The position numbers were made by a program, and so were the translations under genes. Positions 13,698 to 24,453 of a stretch of 64,000 nt of DNA are shown in pieces. This DNA comes from Daphnia carinata (lineage: Eukaryota). Position 1 is the first letter of the stretch. The number at the start of each line of letters is the position of its first letter. The stretch lies in contig NC_081332.1 of the NCBI RefSeq assembly GCF_022539665.2, forward strand, positions 4,278,001-4,342,000, in the 5' to 3' direction. The notes under the pieces are model-generated. The model did no database searches and had not been told where the DNA came from. It was given only the letters and a program-made list of their open reading frames with translations.

Positions 13698-16600
13698 ATG
13701 GCGGCAAGATGGAATCAAAACGTCTCAGCCGGACAAGAATATCTAAACTTCTCGACGTGGCCGTTAGATTCGTACTACAACTACTTATTGCACTATTGCA
13801 ACAACAACACGGCCAGCGTCTGCTGTCAATGGAATAACTGCACTGATGTCTCAACATACATCTTAGAAGGCACCAACAGCAGCAACGCAACCGATTATTG
13901 GATCAACTCGACAAACCCACAGAGGCCAGAAGACAATCTGATATTTACCAGCTTGACTTCAGCCATCTTGGGAGTTCTCATACTGGCCACTATTATTGGT
14001 AAAAAAAAAAAAAAAAAAAAACAGAAATCCAAAAAAACCCTTTTTTCTACGTGTCACATTACTCGTCTTAAGTGCAATGCCCCCCCATCAGAGTACGATC
14101 GATAAATGAAAGAGCGGCAATATGATAGTGACCATCAACGTCGTATCGAATGAACGGGACTTGCCTACTAAAGACTGTAGAAACGTCACACCGATACGAT
14201 TATACTGTCCTTGGCCAACAGTTGGTTCATTGAATATCCCCGTTGAAACACGCGACGATTGACGTTTCGTGAATAAAACCATTAGATTATTACAAGCGCT
14301 TTCACCTCGCACGGCTATTTCTCACTTGTCATTAAAACGCAAAAAAAAAAAAAAAAAAAAAACAAAGATGAATATGTGAAGAGAGTGCACGAGTGGCGTC
14401 GCAACTGCACGGCACCTAGCGGGAAAGTACCCCTCGAATAACTGTTAAAAACGCGAAAATGAAGCCATCACTTCGTAAATGACGAATGCTTGAATAGAAT
14501 CGCCCCCTTTCCATCTTTGCAAACATTTACATCCAAAAGAGAATTTCATCATAGGGTTTTTAATGTGTGTGTGACAAGTGAACTCGATTGAGAAAGCCCA
14601 TAAACAAATCCCATCTGCACATAAACACATATTGCGGCAGCAATCTAGACACACTTTGTGTGTGTGTGTGTGTGTGTGGCATCGTCCAAATAGCTGCGAC
14701 GGGTCTTGTATAATGCAAGTTTCAGTGCGAATTGCAGCGAGAGAAAATCAAAACATAAAGAGTGCAACCAACGTCATAGAATCCATTTTCATGAATTCTC
14801 GATTGCTATGCATGGCCTTCCTACGGCTTCTTATTAATCGACAACGAGTACGTACCTCGTCGAGGTAGACATGCAACTTTGATATACACACACACACCCC
14901 CCCCCCACCCAACTAAAATAAGCCAAAACTTTTTCGTCCGGCTGATTTTTTTTTTCGCCCAACGCGTTCACCACCTTTTTTCGACGTCCACACAAATTAA
15001 TGGCTACTCAGAAGATGAAGAGCTTCGTCAAGGAAACCATAAAAACAAGTTATCATCGGTCAATAACCATCACACGGAAAGAAACTCGATCGTGGGGGAA
15101 AAGAAAAAAATGATAAACAGGAACTTTTTTTTTAATCCAACACTGGGCAAAGTTTGTCAGGTCGGAAAATGAGCCCATTGGTCGAGTTACCAAGTTTTGG
15201 CTAAAGAAAAGTCCATCGTAAAATCACGAATTATTTCGGCGAGGGAATGCGCTTTAACATTTTGCGTCCATGTGCACCAACATCTGTTGGCATGGAGAAT
15301 CAATAAATGCGCAGCAGAATGCAGCGCCATTTCTCTCTTGTCATCTTCAATCTCCATACGCTCTGACATGTTAAAGGCATTCCGTTAAATTGAATTTTCA
15401 TGCGCAACCCGCCAAGTTCTCGGACCATTTCCATTTTTCAAAAAAAAAAAAAAAAAAAAAATGAAAAATAAAGAAGAGGCAAAATACAAATACGTTCTCG
15501 ACGTTTCCAAGTGTTTGAAACATGCGCCATCATCGACATAGCCAAAAAAAGAAGAAGGCGGAGCGCGTGTTACACACACGCTGATGATTGCGTCCGTTAC
15601 AAAGAGGCAGGTCAATATGGAATCAAGCGGTTTTAGACACGTACACGCACAATGTCTCCCCCCCCCTTTTTGTTTAGATTCTTCTTAAAAAGAGCGAGTT
15701 CAATCATACACAGCAGAGGACCAAAATTCGATTTTTCTTTGGGAGGAAGAATGAGAAGTTGGTAGACGGGCACGAACGCACGACATCCGACACTTGTTGC
15801 CACGGCAATAGTGCGGATCACAACAACAAAGTTAAAACGATTTCGCAATCTTCTTGGAAGACAACACTTAAGCGAACGCACGTTTCACATTTCTGCACTT
15901 GAGATTTAAATTGAAAAATTGTGTCGATCCAATAGGTAATGTCTTCGTTATTGCTGCCATTCTTCTGGAGCGACACCTGCACTCGGTTGCCAATTACCTG
16001 ATCGTCTCTCTGGCTGTGGCCGACCTCCTTGTTGCCTGTTTGGTGATGCCACTAGGTGCCGTCTACGAGGTAATCAATTATTCAATTACAAAAAATCAAA
16101 GATGTGTTTGGCGTAAAAGATTCAAATTCTTTCAAATGAAAACAAAAATATTGTCCCACGTGACACGCGCCCCAATAGAATTGCAAAATCGTATTAAAAA
16201 ACAAACAAAACGACCACCGACAACATAAAAACTAATTGACGTCATACCCCCCACTGCTGCAGAATCTAACTTTTGCTTCCGTTTGGCTTCAATTAACACG
16301 CCAAACCATCTGCGCTTCACCCAACTGAGCTTTTAATTCTTTATTCAGACACAGTAATCCCACCGTTGCTCAAGTCGGAGCAAAAGCCTCTATATAATAT
16401 ACTGTAGCAATACAAGTCTCGCCTCTTTCTTTAATACGATCCACGCCCTCCCTCTTTTTAATGTCAGCACGCACACCACAAGTATTAACAATATATACAC
16501 GCACACACAGACAACGAGACGGGGTAGAAAAAATCCCGAGAAGAGATTTGACACTCCTTTTCGCTACCCATTAGAATGGAGGTACCCAAAAGAGCAGAGT

Positions 16601-18600
16601 TTTCTACGCCTTTGCAACAATAAGCAAGTGAAAACTTTTTCCTTTTGAAAGATTGCATCGCATTTTCCCAACAAGGGTTGCATGAATAATGTGTTCTGGT
16701 TAACACAACAAAGCAAGACAGAATAATATTTAAAAAATAATAATGGAAAAGCGTCTAGGCTGGTGCATCGTCCATCTAATCTATGATGTACAAATGTGTT
16801 CTTCAAAAATAAAATAAAATAAATAAAACAGATTAGCCAAAGATGGATTCTGGGACCGGAATTATGCGACATGTGGACATCATCCGACGTGCTCTGTTGC
16901 ACCGCATCTATTCTTCACTTGGTTGCCATAGCAACCGACAGGTAAATGAACATCAACTACATTTTTCAGTGTGCAAATCCCCACGGACGAGATGACCCGA
17001 CATCAAATATTACCACCCCAGAAACGATATCACGTTCAGTAACAAACCCAACAAAAGACAAGAGGAAAACAAATTGAATCATAAACACATCGGACCACAA
17101 TGAGAAACGAGTTCGCTATACGACTGCTCATGATTCGATTTTTTTTCCGCCTTTACTTGCCTAACGTCGACACAAAAGAAAAAGCTTTCACTTTGCCCCC
17201 CCCCCCCTTCAAAATATAGTTACCGGTGTAAGTATATCCACTTCAAAGAGAAACCTAGTCCGTCTACATTAAACGTACTGTAAAGAAGCGCATCACACGC
17301 TCCGATAGGGATGCAACATCAGCTGTAATAGGCATAGATGTGTGTGTCCATTACTTAGATGTTGCTATCCTCTCTATAAACTAATCCCATCCGCGCTGCC
17401 CAGCCCTCCGCTTTTGCCTATTTCCTTTGAAGTATCCCTGGTCATCTGACGGCAAAGGCTCATCATTATCCTCGTTTCATACTAACTTTCTCTCTGTATT
17501 ATTTCCTTTGGCTTTGATTAAAAGATACTGGGCCGTGACTAATCTCGACTACATCCACAATCGGAACGTCAGCCGCATCGGGACGATGGTAACAAACAAT
17601 ACTTTTGTTACTTGCGGGACAAACTCATTTTTTAAATCTTCCAAAATGCGGGGGATAAAAAAAACAATAGATCTTCCTCGTCTGGGCGGTGGCATTGGTC
17701 GTGTCCGTCGCGCCGCTTTTTGGCTGGAAAGACGCGGAATTTCTGGACAGAGTCAACATCCAACAGCGTTGCCTCATTAGTCAAGATGTCTCTTATCAAA
17801 TTTTCGCCACATGCGCCACGTTCTACGTTCCGTTGGCTGTCATCCTTATCGTTTACTGGAAGATCTTCCAGACGGCCAGACGAAGGATAAGGAAGCGCGT
17901 CAATCAACAACAAGGCCAGCAGCTGGACCATTCGCACCTCAACCGCGATCGCAAAATGATTCGACGCTGGTTCAAGTGCGCGGCAGCCTCTTCGTCGGCC
18001 GAAGAATCCGAACACATCAAAGAAGACGAGCCCCAAGCCCGAACGAGTAGCGACAACGTCATGGCCGTCGGTCAAGACGAGCATATCGCTGCCGATCAGC
18101 AAACGACGGCCTTCACGATCGAAATTCCCGAAATGACGCCGTCAATCACGTCGGAAAATGTCGTACCCGTTGCAGTCAATCGACAATCGCCACTCAACGG
18201 TTCGACGGTGGCCCTGAGCAGCCCAGTCATTAAAACAATGGCGCCAGCGACGACTAACATGGCCAAAACAACGGAGAACGCGGTTCGAAAGAAAAGAGAA
18301 ACGCTCGAAGCCAAACGCGAACGCAAAGCAGCCAAGACGTTAGCCATCATAACGGGTGCATTTGTTATGTGTTGGCTGCCATTCTTTGTCTGCGCGCTGC
18401 TGATGCCTTTAAGACCCGATTGGGTCTTTGACGAGACAATGCTCTCCGTCTTCCTTTGGCTCGGCTATTTCAATTCCACGCTCAACCCCATTATCTACAC
18501 CATCTTCAGTCCAGAGTTTCGGCAGGCGTTCAAACGGCTACTTTGCGGCAAGTCGGCCGTCAACGGAACCTCAGCTTATCGGCCGCGTAAACTTCGTTGA
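13698..18600 (+). CDS. 5-hydroxytryptamine (serotonin) receptor, 5-HT1-type, paralog A (class A GPCR)
   Basis: Exons 13698-13998, 15936-16069, 16832-16941, 17525-17588 and 17671-18600 join in frame at GT-AG sites. Motifs: TM1 [12 protein letters not shown]2 [12 protein letters not shown]3 [12 protein letters not shown] (D3.32), DR|Y, TM5 [29 protein letters not shown]6 CWLPFF, TM7 [10 protein letters not shown]-terminus is rich in NxS/T. The start could instead be ATG 13605 if no upstream exon exists. Confidence 0.93.
14657..14678. repeat. (TG)11 microsatellite
   Basis: Direct reading. Confidence 0.9.
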
Positions 18601-19331
18601 AAAAAGAAAAAATTTCCAAAAACAAAAACGATCCGAATTTTTAACGACGGTTCAAACAATGCACGTATACGACCGAAACGCGTTGCCTACACACAAAAAA
18701 GAACCATGCGTATTTTTTGTTTATTATCCGATGGAAACGAAGCGATTCGGTGAAAGGACTTTGTTGTTGAATTTGCCACGTTTTTCCCCCAAAATTAAAA
18801 AAAAAAAAATTGATATATCATTAAACGTTCCAATCCCTCCGTATCACGTTATGTACCGTTTCGCTTCTCATCATTAAATATTAAAAAAAAAGCCAGTGAA
18901 ACTTCTCGTTTGTGTCATCTAAAATGTTATTTGTTATTTGCGGCAGACGACAAAAACTCCATGAAAACAAACAGTGTAATATTTTAAAAATATATATATT
19001 ATTCCTTTCTTTCCTATTTATCAAATATTATGGCTGTCACGATGTACGATCACCTGTTCGTGTTCCCTCTGGTAAATGCGACAAAAATTGAATCGATAAA
19101 ACGTTGCATTGCAACACACGGATGTGAACAGATTTGCAAGAGCAGAAAGAGATTTAAAAGAGGGAGAGTGTGCGTGATGCATGTTTTGCTGTCGAGCGAT
19201 GAATGTGTTTTTTTTTTAAGCGTGCATGTGCGATTTGCGTGTACCATTGTTGTTAATTTTCCCTTTTCGCGTGTTTTCCTTTCGATGGCCAAAAATGTTG
19301 TACATAACAACTTGAAAATTCATGTGTAACA

Positions 19332-19337
19332 AATAAA
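19332..19337 (+). terminator. Likely polyadenylation signal of paralog A
   Basis: AATAAA about 730 bp after the stop, followed by AT/T-rich sequence. Confidence 0.45.
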
Positions 19338-19697
19338 CTCAAATAAGAGCAAAATACTTCGTTTCAAAATTTAATTCCACAAGAAATTAAAATTTTTTTA
19401 CAAAGGAAAATTCTTTTCGTACTTTTCTAAGCTAAATTATTCATTTGTTGCTCATTTATTTCACGCTGTGGTCGAGGGTATATGAGTCAGATTCTACGAG
19501 TTTCTCCATCAACAAGATTATTAATATTCAGAAGTCATAAAAATTTTTGACATGAAAAAGGCCGAGAGCAATTTAAAGAATGGAATTTCTTCCAAAATTA
19601 GAATTCCGCACACCTGATTCCCCACTCCTTTTGTACTTTGATTTTCGTTAAATTGCCACCGATTTTTTTTCATACGAATATATCAAGTTTTGTTTGA

Positions 19698-19710
19698 CGC
19701 CATCTAGCGG
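19698..19710 (-). promoter_or_regulatory. CTCF-consensus motif (reverse orientation)
   Basis: CGCCATCTAGCGG, whose reverse complement CCGCTAGATGGCG matches the CTCF core CC(A/G)CYAG(A/G)(T/G)GGCG. A weaker copy CGCCATCTATT lies at 19913. Confidence 0.55.
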
Positions 19711-20885
19711 ACAGTTCCTCAGTAAAACAAAAAAATACGAAAAAAATATCGGATTCCGACAAAATATCTTCATCCCATCAAAAATAATCGGTCGGAAGAA
19801 ATACAAAGGGCAGAAACAGTTAAGCTTTCGCTCATAATGCCACTTTTTCTTGCTTCCGGTGACCGGTGATTACGTAGGTCAATCAGTACACTATACATTG
19901 GAAAAAAAAGGACGCCATCTATTATTACGCTTTTTGGTGCGCACGTACCCATGAATGAAAAAAAATCTATTTCCCACCCACCACTCTCTTTTTTAATATT
20001 TTGGCTCTACAGTACTAACACTACTACAATACAGTTCCCCATAGTATTTGGGTTCGTCACAAACGAGTAGTAATGAACACGCCCCGGTAGGAGTCAGTCC
20101 ACAAATCTGTGCCTAGGGGGAGACGGGGAAATCTATGGAGGAATCTGGACAAGAACAAATGAGATTGATTGTGTCCTACTCCTACACCTATCTCTTGGTC
20201 AAACGAAAGAAAATGGCGAGGGAGGGTAGGGAAGATGAAGCGTTCTCATCTTCTCTGAAAACTCATCGCCATTTTCATTGATTTTCCCTTATATTCCATG
20301 TGCTTCCATCAAACAGAGCGGAAGGCTCAACTTATCTCAGTCCCCTCCCCCTCCCTCTACTTTCTCTTCTTCGCGCATTAGATAACGTGGATTTTTCTCT
20401 TCTGTCGTCGTTATCCAGTTGGGTTAACATCAGAAACATAAATAACAAAAAAAAAAAAGGACGAAATCTCGGACACGGAAGGAAGACCCCCCCCCCCCCC
20501 AAACGCTTCACATCATCCAGACGGAAAAGGAACTCCCGCGTTTTTTCCCTACTCAAAACTTGGGTCATTATACCATACTTATACCATGCATCTTTCCATC
20601 CACTTTTCTCGTGTTTTCGTCTTTTTGAACAACTCTCCCATAATAAGCGAAAAAAAAAATCGCAAAAACAAAAGCTTGAAGGACTAAAAAAAATGGCTGT
20701 GGCGATCCAAAAGAAAAGGAAGGAAGCGATAAGGAATTCTGCACACGATTTTCTACATCGTACATTTCTACTGGGCTAACACCAGCGTGAATGTCACAAA
20801 ATTCAGGAACATGTCACAAATCTCAAATCCCCACTCTCCAGCAAAATCCTGCACAATAACTGTGAGCAACTGAGTCTTTAATCGA

Positions 20886-20898
20886 CCACTAGATGGCG
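20886..20898 (+). promoter_or_regulatory. CTCF-consensus motif (forward orientation)
   Basis: CCACTAGATGGCG, an essentially perfect CTCF core. Confidence 0.55.
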
Positions 20899-23800
20899 AA
20901 AACTTTACGTAAGAGAGAAAAAAAGAGCATTTTTTTAAACAAAATAAAAAGGTCAACAGTTTTGAATGGCATAATGAAATGTCACGGTACAAAAAAACAT
21001 GTCTGAACGCGTCAAAATTGATCACTTGGCCAGTCTGTTCAATCTATGGCCGCCGGTCAATGACACTAACAACATAAAAAATGTGAAAAATCATTTCACA
21101 ACAACAAAGTGATGCTAGGGAAAACCCCTTCAAAAAGTCTATTTATTAAGAGAGTATTTAATAAAACATAAATAAATGGCGCCTCGTGATGATGTTACCG
21201 TGGCGTGACTAGTTTAGCGTCAAATGGGGTAGTCGAAAAAGCCTCAGACTCCGTGTTTGTTGTACCCCCCCCCCCCTTTTTTTTTTTAAGAGTTTAACGT
21301 AACTGAAAGGATACGGTGGTCAATCGCATCCAATCCACGCGGTGTCGCGATTTGTGCCTAGCAACGGCAATTGTATCCCCCCGCCTCTCTTTCTGAAAAC
21401 GGTTCATACCCTTCCCATTTTTACACCCAATCTCTCAGCACGTCTTCGGATACACACGTGGCCCTCGTTTGATTGTGGAAAGACGTAATAAATGAATTAT
21501 CACGTCTTTTTTACTACAAGATCCAACTACAAAGTCACTGCAATCCGTCACTTAACAACCGCCGAATCAGTAAAAACCTATGCACGTGCTGAAGGGATTA
21601 AACAGCTATTCATCGCTAACACTAAAAAATAAAGGAAGAGACGCAAAAATGGGGGGATAGGTCGTTACGGTCCAGCCAATCGATCGGTGGGACAAAAATA
21701 AATAGGCAAGCAATGGCCTTTCGTTGGCAGCCAACCGAATCACTTCAACACGTGCGTCAGTACATTAGCTACAAGAATCTTGGGGGATTTAGAAGGGTAA
21801 AGCTGATTAATTTAAGAAGCAAGTTGTAATTTGATTACGGGGTGCAATCAAATTAAAACTTTTTAAGTGGAAGAAAAAGATGAGCAAAAAAAGAAGTTTC
21901 AGACAATACCAAAACATTTTAGTCATTGTCTATCTTTCAAGAATTTTGAAAAAACAAACGCTTTTGTTCGAGAAATAAATTTTTCTGAAAACGTTTAAAA
22001 ACCAACATTTTAGAAAATAAAAAGGATCAGCTGGAACGCGTCAAAAAAAGCGAAACTGTTGAATCGATCCAAATTGCATAGGGAAAACGCTGAGAGACGA
22101 ACAAAAAGGGACCATAGATAACAAAGATGGAGAATCCCCTTGTGAACAGAAATCGTGATGTAGCTAGTAAAACAAAACGGAAAAAAACAAGAACGATACT
22201 ATCGAGAGGTTATTTAAAGAGGCGAACCCAACACGACAGAGTTTGAAAGCTTGTACCGTCCATCATCGGTTTCCTATTTCCAATAACACGTCAGTCCCTG
22301 AACTTGAGTCTCGTGTGGGACCTTTTACGGACTAATCGAAACAAGACGTCATAAATGAAAAAGCATCAACAAGCCTAACGTAGTTTGTTTGATTGAAGGA
22401 TGACAAAAATCCATTGTATGTAATGCCACCCTCTTAATTTTACATACACGCTTCAGTGAAAATGGGAGATAAGGTATTGTTTTCCTACCTTGTAATCCTT
22501 GTTAATCCTAGCTTCATTTACGAGGATGAAATGTCAAACCTATATGTATAAGAACAAAAAAGATATTAATAGGTGATCAATGGAGGACAAATCTGAAGAC
22601 ACGGTACAATCTTAGGGATAGATTATCTTCCCACTAAGGTTTAACATGAAATTTTCACAGTCAAGCATGGTCACATTGTTAAGCTTCATTATTTTGAGTG
22701 CTGTGCAAATAAAAAATGCAATGATTAACATGGAAAGACAATTTTCTTTACACGAAACAGCCAAGGATGTTTTCCCAATTTAAAAGTGAATACCACTATG
22801 CGCGTAAAAATTATTGAAGGATTACCTCGTGAGCTTTATATGATATTATAGGCACTGGATTGACCGTAGGATATTTCTCCTTCCATAATGTCGTACTTTG
22901 CAGCTTTGCCTCGGGGTTCCATCACACTGTTTCATGGTTTTTGTTAAATATTCAATGTTTTCTAAGTAAATAGTTTGTTACCATTAAAGTATTTGCTGCC
23001 TAACACGCAGCGAAGCAAAAAATGTTAAGACACTCACACCGAAAACTTGAAACAATGAACGATGGAAAAAGATAAAAGAACAATGGTAAAAGCCACATTT
23101 CGCATTCGACCACGTCATTAGGTGCCTGAGAGACGTTTGAAAGTCGGATGCCTGCCACTAAAACGTTGTCAAATTAAATGAAAGAATGCAAAGCACCAAT
23201 TTTTTTTTTTAATTAATTCATTTTTGGTCCCTTAAAAAATTTTCATATGATTCCGTAAACGTTTTTTTTTATTGTAAACGCGTATACAAGTGGATATTTA
23301 AAAAAATTTATATAAAGGAAAAGAATTGCAAAAATAAAAATCTAATTTATATATCGGGCAAACACGCCATGTGTCGCTAATACAAGTTTTTTTTACCCTC
23401 TCCCCAGCTTCCTGGACCTTCCTCCTTTTTTCATGGTTGGTCGTGCAGCCTATGGGCAAAAAAAATGGTGTAATGATGTATAAGAACGACAACGGCGTCG
23501 TGGGAATCAGTCCCAACAGCAAAACGAAAAAAAAAGAACTTTTAATATATTTTTACAGCCATTTAATGCGCCTTACAAGTTTTGCAGAAAGAATAAAGCC
23601 CCCCCCCCCCAAGAAAAAATGTATTGTAAAAAATCAAGAAAAAAGTCGAGCAGTGTTGATTGCTTTCTTTGTGCACGCCATCTATACAATATTTTTGGCA
23701 TTAAGTCGTCTGATGAATATTTTTCTACCACTGATTTGCCCTTTTATCGGTCTGTGCTTTCTCTTTTGGAAGGAATAATGATGTATTGCAAATGATGAAA

Positions 23801-24453
23801 TAAGATGATTAGATCTCACACACAACACAGCAGAAGGCAATTCCCGTTGGGCAGTTGATCCGACTTTTCCCAGCTTTTTTTTTTCTCTCTCTCTTCCGCG
23901 GTAGATATTGATTGGAATCACAGCCGGAAAAAATCAAGACAAACAAAAAGAAAAGAGACTTGTGTATCTGTAGAATAACAATAGGAGAATGGTGTGCACC
24001 GCTCGTTTGATTCATCATGAAAGGACACATCCAGCCAACAAAAATATGAAAATAAACAGTGGCTAACTCGTTAGTTTAAAAGTCTTTTTCTTTTCTTGTA
24101 TTGCATACAATATTATTCCTCCATAGATACTTATGTACAATTTCGTATAAAACAAAAGAAACACGGAAAGATCAAATTTTATACACAACATTGTACAGAG
24201 ATAGAAGAAGGGCAAAACAAAATGGAAATAATAATAATCTTCTTATATATCTGATATGAAACATCAACATGTTTTTTATGTCTGTACGTTATCACGTCGT
24301 CAGGAATGGGGGAGTCTCTATGTACAAATATGCAGGTCGTGTCACATTGACGTCAAAGGGTTTAAGTCATATAGTATCAAAAAATCTTTTATTCATTTAT
24401 TTTTCCCCCTCCCCTCGATTAAAAACAAAAAAGGGGAGGGGAAGCGGAAACAA

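Noticed and set aside
17632..18350. Antisense and alternative-frame ORFs over the paralog A last exon (likewise over paralog B, NMT, H2A.X, ZCCHC14-like and NDUFS1)
   Set aside because: Shadow ORFs expected from GC3-rich or repetitive coding sequence; no independent evidence.
21054..21066. EcRE-like inverted repeat CGGTCAATGACAC
   Set aside because: Two mismatches to consensus; expected by chance.
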